Shown here: positions 1 to 10,550 of the stretch, one piece after another
Numbering within the stretch: position 1 is the first letter of the stretch
How the letters are laid out: each line of letters starts with the position of its first letter
Assembly: GCA_050014495.1 (NCBI GenBank)
Contig: JBEKDF010000001.1
Location: forward strand, 128,001-192,000
DNA length: 64,000 bases
Origin: Candidatus Bathyarchaeia archaeon
GTDB lineage: Archaea; Thermoproteota; Bathyarchaeia; TCS64
Direction of reading: 5' to 3'
Translations under genes and position numbers: made by a program
The notes under the pieces: model-generated
The model's database searches: none
What the model was told of the DNA's origin: nothing
What the model saw: the letters and a program-made list of their open reading frames with translations, nothing else

Positions 1-2
1 AT

Positions 3-1031
3 GTGCTCCTGCTTGGCATACTCCTCGGTGAACTTCTCGACGTCCATCCCGATCAGCTCTGGGAAGCCAACAGTTGCACCTCGTGGATTGACCCAGCGGA
101 AATGATCGGAGTAGTCCTCGAAGAACTCGTTAAAAAGTGGTAGGTTGTCGTCTATAATCTTATGGCTTCGGGCTAAGACCTTGTCTTTTGCTCGGAAGGC
201 GATGGTTGCGAGTAGCTCGATGGGCGCTGGCTTACATGGTGTCGCAAGACCGTTCAAGTCCTTGAGCTTCTGGAGTAGCCTTTGCTCCTTGATTGTTATC
301 CAACCTATCCTTAGGCCGGAGAGGGCATAAGCTTTCGACATGACACCGAAGCTGACGGCGGTCTCATCGGCGTCAACTGCAGGGGTAGGCGGTGCTCAGG
401 TTTTTTGTTCGAGGAGGTGGTAGACCTCGTCGCCAACAAATGTGACGCCCTTCTCATTGCAGAGGTCGATTAGGGCTTTGTAAGTTGACCTGTCTATAGT
501 AGCGCCTGTGAGGTTGTGGGGGAAGTTAGTGACTAGGAACCGTGTATTGGGGCGGAACGCTTCGCGGACCTTATCCACATCGACGCGCCAGCCATCTGAC
601 TCCAAGGGGACTAACGACACCTCCGCTCCAGAAAGGCTCGCCAGTTGGTAAAGGGCCTCGTATGCAGGCCAGAGGACGACTATGTGGTCTCCCGGTTTGA
701 GCATTGCCGTGAAGAAGACCCAGATCGCCTCATCTGCCCCAGCGAAGATTACGACCTGACTGGGATCTACGCCCTTATAGAGTTTAGATACTTCTGTTCG
801 GAGCTTAATGCCACCGGGTGTTTCGGTGTATTTGAGAGTAAGGTTCTCCCAGTCGCTTCGGAGTTCGTCATCGGCGAGGGCGAGGACCTCACTCATCTTC
901 AAAGGTTGGATGTCTGACTCGTGCATCGTCATGACGGTATATTTCCTACATTCTAGCATCTGCTCTTCGAGCCAGAGTCTATGTTCGAGACGTTCTCTAC
1001 CCTTTCCTCCAGTTGGCTTGATTTCGCTCAT
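3..1031 (-). pseudogene. Class I/II PLP aminotransferase (capreomycidine synthase-like), interrupted by TGA at 396-398; runs off the window edge
   Basis: NFPHNLTG and GDEVY motifs lie in the 396..1031 ORF. The same frame continues past the TGA into PAVDADETAVSFGVMSKAYALSGLRIGW (PLP-lysine motif) with no further stop to the window edge. Confidence 0.75.
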
Positions 1032-1150
1032 GCTGTTACCTCAGGTGATATTATTTGTTGGATGCTTCAAATTAGTAAATCTTTAACAAAAAAACACTTG
1101 CTACATCCATGAAAATGCTTAGTAAATCAATATTTTAAAATGATACTTTT

Positions 1151-1954
1151 TTACTTATTCACCCAATATTGAGCTACTTTCTCGGCTGTTGCGTACCAGA
1201 CTGAAGGAAAACGTTCAATATAGTTGAGGAGCCTATCGAGAAGCATCAGGCCCCCTGGTTTACCAATAATCTGGGGATGGAACATCGTCGTGTAACAGAG
1301 ACCATAGTGGTAATACCCATCGAAGGCGTTCGTCCAAATCTGGTAGCCGGTCTCAGGGCTCTGAATGCGTGTATTATAGCTTGTGCCAGGATAATCTGCG
1401 AATAGATGGAAATCATCCATGTCGAAGTAGCTGGGGACTATCGTTAGACCGTTACCCAACTTGTATGGCAGATCGCTGCCCCTCATGCTGGAGTCGTAGA
1501 GGAACCCATTCTCAGCGAGAATGTCATGTGTGTTGGGACCGACCTCTCCCCCAGCGACTCGGTTGCCAACGGGTATGAAGCCGGACGCCTCCTTTATTGC
1601 GTTGCGGGTATCGAGTATCCGCCTCGCCTCTTCTGCTTTGGAGAGTTTCACCGTATCTTCGTGAACCCAGCCGTGACAAGCCAGCTCATGTCCACGTCTC
1701 CTAATCTCCCTGAATACATCCGGGTGGTTAACAGCATTAATCCCCGGTACGAAGAAGGTCGCTTTGACCTTATGCTTGTCGAGGAGATCGAGTAGACGCG
1801 GATAAACAGGGGCGTTCCATTCATACTGCCCAAGACTCTTCATCCTCGGCATATCCACAACTTCCGGCCGGTTCCCCATGAAGACGTACTCAGCATCGCA
1901 GTCGAACGTCAGGCAGACGGCACACAAGTTACCGTCCGGCCAAACACTATTCAT
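1151..1954 (-). CDS. Polysaccharide deacetylase / PuuE-like NodB domain protein
   Basis: WPDG..AVCLTFDCD, KATFFVPG, HELACHGWVH, YDSS and FHPQIIG motifs; start placed at ATG 1954. Confidence 0.85.
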   Translation of the reverse strand: MNSVWPDGNLCAVCLTFDCDAEYVFMGNRPEVVDMPRMKSLGQYEWNAPVYPRLLDLLDKHKVKATFFVPGINAVNHPDVFREIRRRGHELACHGWVHEDTVKLSKAEEARRILDTRNAIKEASGFIPVGNRVAGGEVGPNTHDILAENGFLYDSSMRGSDLPYKLGNGLTIVPSYFDMDDFHLFADYPGTSYNTRIQSPETGYQIWTNAFDGYYHYGLCYTTMFHPQIIGKPGGLMLLDRLLNYIERFPSVWYATAEKVAQYWVNK

Positions 1955-2618
1955 CAAATTACACCTAGTATTAACACCACTCATCCAGAGATAATCATTA
2001 TACCCTAAACCCGACTGATATTGCACTTAACCCACTCGCGCTTGTATTAGGAACGGGCCTCGACTATCTTCTCAGAGGTTATCCTGAATGGGTCGCTAAA
2101 GAGGGCCCACCCTTGGGGGGTCGAGGGCACTCGACCTATTTGAGTTGCTCAACCTAGTCCACCTAGTGCAGTTAGGCCACCGGGTCCAATACCTAGTTGT
2201 GCACATAGGATTATCGACCAGCTAGCCCAGCCAACTAACTAACCAACCAACTCCCCTACATGGACCTATTGAGGGACCAGGTGGACAGTTAACAACCTCA
2301 GTTGGGCAGCTTTACAGGGAAGTCTGGATGAGGAGGTCGAGAGTTTCAAGGGCAAGGGACTAGTACTTCAAGATTATCCAACTAGCGAACTCGAAAACCT
2401 TTTGGAAGGAGTGCGATGACCCCTGAGATACTTTTAGCCAAGGAGGTTAGCATCCGGCAGGGTCTCAGATGAACTTCAATATCATGGAGAATGAGACCTA
2501 ATCGTGCGTGCCTGAGAACCTCTGAAGAGTCCGACGTAAGAGGGAAATCATCAAAATCGTGGTTGAGTAGGCTTCTGCATGCATACGGAGATAAAAGTAA
2601 AAAATGTAAGTAGCTGGA

Positions 2619-3050
2619 CTAGTTGACGACGATGTTTTCGAGGCTGAAGTAGCGCTTCGCTAAGAAACGGATCTTCTTGATATTTTCACCATTCTTTCCA
2701 ATGGCTATCCCCTTATCGTGGGGATCGACCGTCACCATCGCGATCTTGTGCCCATCCATCCTGTCCACGAGACGGATATCTTTTACTTTCGCTGGCTTCA
2801 AAGCGTTCCTGAGAAACTTATCGGGGTCATCCATGTACTCAAAGATCTCGACCTGCTTATTTGTCATGGCTCGGAAACGCTTAATCTTCTCCCCACCCTT
2901 TCCAACTGCTAGGCCGACCTCTCCCTTCTTGACGGTGAAGATGAGACTATCCTCCTCAATAATGCAGTCCACCACCGTTGCCCCAGTCATGTTCTGGAGC
3001 AACTGAATGAACTTCATCTCATTCTCCGTTATCTTAACGTTGCTCAGCAT
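2619..3050 (-). CDS. nusA: Archaeal NusA (KH domains)
   Basis: GLAVGKGG and GIAIGKNG KH motifs; lies after L30e. Confidence 0.95.
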   Translation of the reverse strand: MLSNVKITENEMKFIQLLQNMTGATVVDCIIEEDSLIFTVKKGEVGLAVGKGGEKIKRFRAMTNKQVEIFEYMDDPDKFLRNALKPAKVKDIRLVDRMDGHKIAMVTVDPHDKGIAIGKNGENIKKIRFLAKRYFSLENIVVN

Positions 3051-3051
3051 C

Positions 3052-3354
3052 TTACTTCTTCACCAAATCGAGGATCTTGGAGTCACCTGGATCGTTGATG
3101 ACCATCGCAGAGACCGGGAACGGCTTACCACAAAGTGTTCCCAGGTCAACGCTATCCTTGGGGTGCTCCATCACGGGGATCTCGGAGAGTTTCCCGTAGT
3201 TGTCAATCGTCTCCCTCGCCTCGCGGGGGCAGTTACTGCTGACTATCGCCAGCTTCGCTCTTCCTCTGCGCAGCTCCCGCACAGCGGCCTTAGATCCAAG
3301 TTGGACCTTGCCGGTGGAGAGTGCGAGTCTCAGCTCCTGATCTACGCTACTCAT
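3052..3354 (-). CDS. rpl30e: 50S ribosomal protein L30e
   Basis: LALSTGKVQLGSK, DLGTLCGKPF, INDPGDS; canonical position after rpoA. Confidence 0.95.
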   Translation of the reverse strand: MSSVDQELRLALSTGKVQLGSKAAVRELRRGRAKLAIVSSNCPREARETIDNYGKLSEIPVMEHPKDSVDLGTLCGKPFPVSAMVINDPGDSKILDLVKK

Positions 3355-6300
3355 CGCGTTTTCCACCCATTGTCATGAACAGCTCGACGCTCCCGGTTCC
3401 GAGGGGCATAGACTGTCCGACGATGATGTTCTCAATGACGCCTTTAAGCGGATCGGTTTCTCCCCTCAGCGCAGCTGAGACAAGGTGCTGAATCGTCAGC
3501 TCGAAGGCGGCTCTAGCGAGGACGCTGCTCTTCTCACCGCTAATTCCATGACGCCCGATCTGTTGGACCTCACCCATCTTCGTCATTATATCAGCCACAA
3601 GCATTACGTGCCTGACGTCCACGTCCAAGCCCTGCTCCTCGAGGACGCTGTGGGCCTCTTTGATGAGGGCGTTGCGAGCAGCCTCGATGCCGAATATCTC
3701 CGCGATCTCATGGATGTTATTAGTGGTGGTTCTCATCGCGTCGACGCCGTCAATCTTTATAACCTCCTCGAGGTTACTCCCATCAGTCCTGATTATCCAC
3801 TCGCCCTCCTCTTGGAGGGTTAGGACACGTTTAATCTCGGGTATACCCCTTATTTTTGCTTGTCCTACTGTCTGTGTCAGGATCTCCGGGTTGCTCGACT
3901 TTTCTTCATCTAAGCTAACTGTGTATATGTGGTCCGACTCCTTCTCATACTTCGTGGGGAAAGCACCCTCGATCTCCTTCTCGGTGATGCTGAGTGACTC
4001 CATTCGAGAGGGGTCCATCTCTATTTTTACAACGTTAGCATTGAAATCCACATTTACAGAGCTCACCACATCGTCTAAGGTCGTGTATGTGAGTTTCTGG
4101 GCGACCTCACGAGCGAGCTTTTCACTCTTCTTATGTTTCGTGTCCAGATGGATCTCCATAACTGGTGTTGAGGGGGTCCTCCTCGCATCCACTATCTCGA
4201 TGAGGCGTGGCAGACCGAGGGTTACGTTCTGCTCAGCGACACCCGCGTAGTGGAAGGTACGGAGAGTCATCTGCGTACCTGGCTCGCCGATACTCTGAGC
4301 AGCAAGGATCCCAACTGCCTCGCCTGGCTCGACGAGGCTGAAGTCGAAGTTCTTTAATGCAGTCTCGACTAGATGGTCGACACCTACTTTCGTTAGACCT
4401 GAAGCTTTGAGTTGGGTCTTAAGTTCATTAATTAGACTAGGTGGCAGTACTGTTAGCTGATCGACCTTCTTCTGGATGTAGTCCTCGGTCGCAGCTGCGC
4501 CCTTCTTCTCACTGATCTTTGCACGATCAATGAGCTGTACAACGTTGACCGCTTTGCCGTGGTCACTCTTGCTAGGATCTATACCGTCTTCTCCGTATTG
4601 GAATTGTATGATATCGCCGATGCTGTTGCGCACGGTCCCGTCGTACTCGACGCGCAGGTGCTCCAAAGCATTAATGAGACGACGTTGCATGTAGCCACTT
4701 TGTTGCGTGCGTACCGCTGTGTCAACCAAGCCTTCGCGTCCACCCATGCTGTGGAAGAAGTATTCCAATGGTGTGAGGCCGTCACGATAGCAGTTGTAGA
4801 CGAAACCCCTAGCCTGGGGAGTGGGATCGCCATCCTTGAAGTGAGGAAGAGTACGGTTCTCATAGCCCCTCATGATACGCTTTCCACGGATAGACTGTTG
4901 TCCTACGCTACCCATCATTTGACCGATGTTAAGGCTGCTCCCGCGTGCACCAGTCCTGGTCATGATGATTCCTGAGTTGCCCAATCCGAGTCCCTGCTCA
5001 ACGGTCTCACCGGCCTTGTCACGCGCCTGAGCGAGCTCGTTCATGACCTTTATCTCGAAGGTTTCCTGCATTGTCTGGCCTGGGAGGCGTTCTAATCGAC
5101 CCGTGTCGGCCTGCTCTATGAGGTTCTCGACGCTCTTTTCCATTTTTCTCATGACTGAGTTGATGGTGTTGCGCTCCTTGTCAGCGATATTGAGCTCGTC
5201 TATACTGTAGCTGAAGCCGCGTATTGTTAGGAAACCATTGATGAGGCGTGTGATGCCATTGAGGAAGTCGTGGCCTATGTCTGTGCCGTAGTCCTTGATG
5301 ATCCTATGGAATATCGTCTCGGCCCTCTCTGCCCCGATGCTGTTCTTATCAATGACCCCACTTAGCAACTCTCCTCCCTGGATCATTACATAGGAGTCGT
5401 ACTGGCAGGCCTCTTTGTCGCATGTAGGACAGTGACGGCAGACATTAGCCCGGCTTACGAAGTTAAAGTCCTTCGGGAGGAATAGACTGAAGATCTGCTT
5501 GCCAGTCCACTGCTTAATAGGCTTCTCGACTACTGGGGTGGGGATCTCGCCGCGATAGTTGGCGTTGGCGAGGAGCTTTCCGACCTCTTTCGCGCTTAGG
5601 AGCGTCTCCTTTCTCGTGAGGAGATAGGCTCCACTGATGAAGTCCTTAGTGGCCCCAATAATGGGTGCACCATAGCGAGGGCTGAGTATTTGGTCCTGCA
5701 CCTGCATGAGTAGTCGGGCCTCTGTCTGGGCCTCTTTGCTCTGCGGGATGTGTAGGTTCATCTCGTCCCCGTCGAAGTCGGCATTATAGGGTGGACAGAC
5801 AGCGAGGTGCATCCTGAAGGTCTTGTAGGGTAGCACCCTTACTCTGTGAGCCATGATGCTCATTCTGTGCAATGATGGCTGCCTGTTGAAGAGCGCGATG
5901 TCGCCATCTTTGAGGTGTCGTTCCACAATGAAGCCTGGTTCGAGTGTGTCGGCAATACCGCTCCTGTCCTGCACGAACTCGAGCCTTATTCTCTTCTGGT
6001 CGGGGCGGATAACGTAGAGGGCTCCGGGGTGCTTGTATGGTCCGTTGAGGACGAGTCTCTTCATCTCGTCGAGGTTTCTACCTGTGACCACATCTGGGAC
6101 TGTAAGTCGTACGGCTATTGCCACGGGGACACCAACTTCGTTGATGTCGATGTTCGGGTCGGGACTGATGACAGTGCGTGCCGAGTAGTCTACACGCTTC
6201 CCGCTTAAATTACCCCTGAACCTTCCCTCCTTCCCCTTGAGGCGCTGGGCGAGGCTCTTCAGGGTCCTGCCGCTCCTGTGGCGAGCGGGCGGGATACCGC

Positions 6301-7219
6301 TGACCTCGTTGTTAAAGTATGTTGTGACGTGATATTGAAGAAGCTCACTAAGGTCCTCGATGATTAGAGTGGGTGCACCAGCGTCGATGTTTTCGCGTAG
6401 ACGCTGGTTGATCCTGATTATATCAACGAGCTTATGTGTGAGGTCGTCCTCAGCGCGTATGCCGCTCTCGAGGATGATACTTGGCCTAACATCAACTGGT
6501 GGGACGGGTAGGACCTGAAGGACCATCCACTCTGGTCGGGCGACTTCTGGCTCGAAGTCTACAAGGCGGAGGTCATCGTCGGGGATCCTCTCGAACCATT
6601 CTCTGATCATGTTAGCTGTGAGTCTACTAGCGGCCTCCTCGCCCTCAACGGCGATGGCCTCCCCAGCTTCCTCAGGTCCCTCACCCTCCTCGCTCGCCGA
6701 CTCTGACTCGAAGAAAGTGGTTGGTTTCGCAAACCTGACATTTGTCTGTGGCATGCCACAATGTGGACATTCCTTGCCACGCTTGTACTTCTTAGCTACT
6801 TTGAGTATATCATTAATAGTGTCGTCAGTGACCTTACCAAAGAGTTTGAGGTCTTCCTCCCTCTTCTGTTTAAAGAAGTCGATGCTTTCATTCCCCTCGT
6901 TTGGGAGGAGTATGCGGCCACAGCCGCGACATGTGGCTGTGAGGAGTCGATAGATTTGCTTTGCGAACTCGACGTGTATAACTGGTACCGCGAGTTCTAT
7001 GTGACCGAAGTGGCCGGGGCAGTTGAGTGCGATGTTCCCACATGTTTGACACCTTTGGCGGGGCTCGAGAGTGCCGAGGCGGTGGTCCATAAGACCTCCA
7101 GCGATGGGTGCACCATCCTCGTCGTAGGTGTCACTTGTTTGGATCTCAACGGCACTGAGCTTCCTGACCTCGTCGGGTGGGAGAATACCGAATTTTATGC
7201 TGTCGATGATTTTGCTCAT
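3347..7219 (-). CDS. rpoA: DNA-directed RNA polymerase largest subunit, unsplit Rpo1N+Rpo1C (A'+A'')
   Basis: NADFDGDEMN active site, CPGHFGHIEL, and the A'' motif AQSIGEPGTQMTLRTFH all in one ORF. Confidence 0.97.
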   Translation of the reverse strand: MSKIIDSIKFGILPPDEVRKLSAVEIQTSDTYDEDGAPIAGGLMDHRLGTLEPRQRCQTCGNIALNCPGHFGHIELAVPVIHVEFAKQIYRLLTATCRGCGRILLPNEGNESIDFFKQKREEDLKLFGKVTDDTINDILKVAKKYKRGKECPHCGMPQTNVRFAKPTTFFESESASEEGEGPEEAGEAIAVEGEEAASRLTANMIREWFERIPDDDLRLVDFEPEVARPEWMVLQVLPVPPVDVRPSIILESGIRAEDDLTHKLVDIIRINQRLRENIDAGAPTLIIEDLSELLQYHVTTYFNNEVSGIPPARHRSGRTLKSLAQRLKGKEGRFRGNLSGKRVDYSARTVISPDPNIDINEVGVPVAIAVRLTVPDVVTGRNLDEMKRLVLNGPYKHPGALYVIRPDQKRIRLEFVQDRSGIADTLEPGFIVERHLKDGDIALFNRQPSLHRMSIMAHRVRVLPYKTFRMHLAVCPPYNADFDGDEMNLHIPQSKEAQTEARLLMQVQDQILSPRYGAPIIGATKDFISGAYLLTRKETLLSAKEVGKLLANANYRGEIPTPVVEKPIKQWTGKQIFSLFLPKDFNFVSRANVCRHCPTCDKEACQYDSYVMIQGGELLSGVIDKNSIGAERAETIFHRIIKDYGTDIGHDFLNGITRLINGFLTIRGFSYSIDELNIADKERNTINSVMRKMEKSVENLIEQADTGRLERLPGQTMQETFEIKVMNELAQARDKAGETVEQGLGLGNSGIIMTRTGARGSSLNIGQMMGSVGQQSIRGKRIMRGYENRTLPHFKDGDPTPQARGFVYNCYRDGLTPLEYFFHSMGGREGLVDTAVRTQQSGYMQRRLINALEHLRVEYDGTVRNSIGDIIQFQYGEDGIDPSKSDHGKAVNVVQLIDRAKISEKKGAAATEDYIQKKVDQLTVLPPSLINELKTQLKASGLTKVGVDHLVETALKNFDFSLVEPGEAVGILAAQSIGEPGTQMTLRTFHYAGVAEQNVTLGLPRLIEIVDARRTPSTPVMEIHLDTKHKKSEKLAREVAQKLTYTTLDDVVSSVNVDFNANVVKIEMDPSRMESLSITEKEIEGAFPTKYEKESDHIYTVSLDEEKSSNPEILTQTVGQAKIRGIPEIKRVLTLQEEGEWIIRTDGSNLEEVIKIDGVDAMRTTTNNIHEIAEIFGIEAARNALIKEAHSVLEEQGLDVDVRHVMLVADIMTKMGEVQQIGRHGISGEKSSVLARAAFELTIQHLVSAALRGETDPLKGVIENIIVGQSMPLGTGSVELFMTMGGKRDE

Positions 7220-7220
7220 T

Positions 7221-10200
7221 TTACTCAAACTCCTTTGTTAGCTGGAGGCTGGGGGAGAGGCATAGGCTTTGCATCTCCTGTAGCAGTAGCTTGAAAGCGT
7301 AGCTTATTGTAACGGGTTCTATCTCACCCTTTCCCTCGCATATGGGGCAGACGTATTTACGTTGCCGTATGTCGTAGTATGCTTGCTTTCCGCATTTTTC
7401 GCAGACATAGATGCTGTACGCATCTGATTCCTCGAGGAGTCTGTCTTTAAGGAGCATAGCAGCACCGTGGCCTACTAAGCAGTCACGCTCCATCTCGCCA
7501 AACCTTAGACCTCCGCCCCTGGCGCGGCCCTCGGTCGGCTGGCGTGTAAGCATCTGCACCTGCCCGCGGGCACGTGCGTGGATCTTGTCTACGACCATGT
7601 GATGGAGCTTCTGATAATAGACGACACCAACGAAGACGTCGGCTTCGAACATCCGTCCGCTCTGGCCATCGTACATTATCTCCTTCCCACCTGGATGGAA
7701 CCCCATCTTGGTTAGAGACTCTGCTAGGCTCTTGGCGTCCTCGTTGTCGAATGGTGTGCCGTCAACGGGTTCTCCCCTGAGGCTACCGGTCTTGCCTGCA
7801 AGGCTCTCCATAAACTGGCCAACGGTCATGCGACTTGGGAAGGCGTGTGGATTAATGATTATATCAGGGATGATGCCGTGGACGCTGAATGGCATGTCCT
7901 CTGGGTTGACAAGCATGCCGATGACCCCCTTCTGGCCATGGCGGCTAACGAACTTGTCGCCTAGCTCAGGAACGCGGTTGCTGCGTACCTTCACCTTTAC
8001 GAGCTGGCTGCCCTCGATGTCCTTGGTGATGAAGATTCCGTCGACGGTGCCCTCCTCTGTTGGTCGGACGCCGATACTCGTATCTCGGATTTGTGGGCCC
8101 CTGACCTCAAGGCCGCCATACTCTTCCATGAACCTTGGTGGGCTTGTTCTACCGATGAGTATGTCTCCGCCCTTGACCTCAGCCTCGTCGGCGATTAGAC
8201 CGTCGTGCTCGAGCTGGCGGTAAGACTCAGCTCCGTGGTAACCGCGAATACCTTCCTCTGGGATTGTGAGTTTATCCTTGGCACCTCCGAGATATTGCTT
8301 ACACTCGGCTTTGTAAATACGGTAGAAGCTACTGTGGCCAAGACCGCGCTCCACTGCGGCTCTGTTGAAGATGATGGCATCCTCCATGTTATAGCCACTG
8401 CTACTAAGGACTGCGACGATGTAGTTCTGGCCACTTGGGCGCTTGTCGAAGCCTATGATCTCCATAGGCTTTGTGCCTACAGCGGGTTTCTGTGGGTAGT
8501 GAAGGAGGTGGCCGCGTGTATCTGTGCGATCGCGGTAGTTGAGGACGTAGAGGCCGGGTGCTTGCTTGGCCATCGCAGCCTGGTATGTATTGCGTGGAGA
8601 CTGGTTGTGTTCAGGGTAGGGAATGATGCTCGCGACTACGCCGAGGATTGCGAATGGGCAGATCTCCAAGTGTGTGTGTTCTATTGAGATGTTGTTGGGG
8701 TCTATTGCGACGTAGGCATTCTCTTCCTCCTCAGCATCGAGGTACTCGATTATGCCCTCGCGGACTAGGTCTCCCCATTGCCACTTACCCTCGCGAAGCT
8801 GTCGAGCGTGGCGCTGCTTGAGTAGGCTCTTTCCTTCGCTGACTACGATGAGAGGGCGTCTTATGCGTCCCTCATCACAGTTGACGTATATTTCATTGTA
8901 AGTTGAGTAGTAGCAGGCATTAATCTCCCCACTGATTTCACTGCGACGTCTCATCTCGCGGAGCTTTTGCACAAGTTCCTCAGGGGTTGTTGTGTAACCT
9001 AGAAGGTAGCCCTCGACGAATATCTTCGCGCCCTCATGACGGAGGGTCTCGTCTGCGTCCTTAGCTTTGACGACCCCCATGAACTCGAGTGTGCGCTTCA
9101 TCTTTTCGGCGTCTGTGCCGGTGCTAATGCTGGCCATTAGACTAAGGTTTTTGACGAGGCCACAGTTGGCTCCTTCGGGGGTCTCATTCGGGCAGAGCCT
9201 ACCCCAGTGGGTGCTGTGTAGGTCCCTAGCCTCGAAGTTTGGTTGACTTCTGCTTAGGGGACTCTGCAGCCTGCGGAGATGGCTGAGGGTACTGATGGTG
9301 TTTGTGCGGTCTAGAAGCTGGGTCATTCCGACACGTCCCCTGCGCCAATTGCCAGTGGCAAGGGCATGCTGTATTCTGCTGGTGATTATCCCTGGCCTGA
9401 CGGCAGCGCTTATGAGGACTCCCTTGCGGCGGGTGCTCATCCTCCGGAATTGGTAACGCATATCTCGGTAAAGGCTCCAGAAAGCGCTGCGGAAGAGCTC
9501 AGCAAGTAGGGGGCCGGCTAGCTTGATGCGTTTGTTCTTGAGGTGGTCCTTGTCGTCCTCTTTCCTTTCTTGGAGTTTTAGCTCAATAATCCTAGCGCAC
9601 ATCTCGCCGAGAAAAATGGCCTTATCCTTGCGCTGATCGGCACCACGGCCTATGTGTGGGAGGAGGTTACGGTCGAGTATGGCCTCGGCACGCTTCATGC
9701 GGAACTCCTTGACCTGTCCGAAGGCTACGCGGTTTCCGATGTATAGAACAGCATCTTCACGACTATGAATATTGGCTGCCTCGCGGAAGCTCGGCTCGAG
9801 CTCGCCAAGTATTTTAGCATCGAGGCTAACCATGTCGGCGACCTGTTTATCAGTCTCGACTCCAAGTGCCCTCATGAGGGCGACGTAGGGTACTGGAACG
9901 GGTACACCAGGTATTGTTACACTCATCTCACCCTTTGCTTTAAGGTTAGCCTCAATCCTTGCGCGGAAGCCTACGGTGGTTGAGAAGACTTTACCACGGT
10001 AGACTGGGTTGCTTCCGCGGTCGTCTATTTCAACGAGGACTCGGTTGGGGGCTAGGTCCTCAAGACTGACGATGACGCGCTCACTACCGTTGATTATGAA
10101 GTAGCCTCCGACCTCCTCCGGGTCTTCCCCCAGAGCCATGAGCTCGTCGGGGGTGTGGCGGCTAAGGAGGCAGAGCTTGGATTTGACCATTATTGGGAGG

Positions 10201-10550
10201 TCGCCTATGTTGACCTTCTCGTAAGTCTCCTTTCCTTCATCCTCGAGCATTATTTCTAGATAGAGTGGGGCGGCGTAGGTGAGGTTGCGTATTCGTGCCT
10301 CGCGGGGATAGACGGGGCGTTGAGTGCCGTCAACCTCGGTTATTACGGGGTCTCCAACCTCTATGGAGCCGAACTTTATCTCGTACGTGTGGTTCGGCAC
10401 CTCTATTGTGATACCACCTATCTCATCTATGATCTGCTGCAGCGTGTGCTCGACGAACTCGTTGTAGCTGTCGAGGTGCTGCTTCACGAGACCTTCATCG
10501 ACGAAGAAGGTCTTCATGAGGTCCCAGTTATTTTCCTCTGTGAGAAGCAT
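7221..10550 (-). CDS. rpoB: DNA-directed RNA polymerase subunit B (Rpo2), unsplit
   Basis: GDKFVSRHGQKG, GGLRFGEMERD, C-terminal zinc ribbon. Confidence 0.97.
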   Translation of the reverse strand: MLLTEENNWDLMKTFFVDEGLVKQHLDSYNEFVEHTLQQIIDEIGGITIEVPNHTYEIKFGSIEVGDPVITEVDGTQRPVYPREARIRNLTYAAPLYLEIMLEDEGKETYEKVNIGDLPIMVKSKLCLLSRHTPDELMALGEDPEEVGGYFIINGSERVIVSLEDLAPNRVLVEIDDRGSNPVYRGKVFSTTVGFRARIEANLKAKGEMSVTIPGVPVPVPYVALMRALGVETDKQVADMVSLDAKILGELEPSFREAANIHSREDAVLYIGNRVAFGQVKEFRMKRAEAILDRNLLPHIGRGADQRKDKAIFLGEMCARIIELKLQERKEDDKDHLKNKRIKLAGPLLAELFRSAFWSLYRDMRYQFRRMSTRRKGVLISAAVRPGIITSRIQHALATGNWRRGRVGMTQLLDRTNTISTLSHLRRLQSPLSRSQPNFEARDLHSTHWGRLCPNETPEGANCGLVKNLSLMASISTGTDAEKMKRTLEFMGVVKAKDADETLRHEGAKIFVEGYLLGYTTTPEELVQKLREMRRRSEISGEINACYYSTYNEIYVNCDEGRIRRPLIVVSEGKSLLKQRHARQLREGKWQWGDLVREGIIEYLDAEEEENAYVAIDPNNISIEHTHLEICPFAILGVVASIIPYPEHNQSPRNTYQAAMAKQAPGLYVLNYRDRTDTRGHLLHYPQKPAVGTKPMEIIGFDKRPSGQNYIVAVLSSSGYNMEDAIIFNRAAVERGLGHSSFYRIYKAECKQYLGGAKDKLTIPEEGIRGYHGAESYRQLEHDGLIADEAEVKGGDILIGRTSPPRFMEEYGGLEVRGPQIRDTSIGVRPTEEGTVDGIFITKDIEGSQLVKVKVRSNRVPELGDKFVSRHGQKGVIGMLVNPEDMPFSVHGIIPDIIINPHAFPSRMTVGQFMESLAGKTGSLRGEPVDGTPFDNEDAKSLAESLTKMGFHPGGKEIMYDGQSGRMFEADVFVGVVYYQKLHHMVVDKIHARARGQVQMLTRQPTEGRARGGGLRFGEMERDCLVGHGAAMLLKDRLLEESDAYSIYVCEKCGKQAYYDIRQRKYVCPICEGKGEIEPVTISYAFKLLLQEMQSLCLSPSLQLTKEFE

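Noticed and set aside
396..398. Selenocysteine or recoding at the in-frame TGA
   Set aside because: The position is not a conserved Cys, all other genes read in the standard code, and compensating indels explain it better.
2030..2615. SRP RNA or RNase P RNA
   Set aside because: No helix-8 SRP motif or RNase P GAGGAAAGUCC-type signature on either strand.
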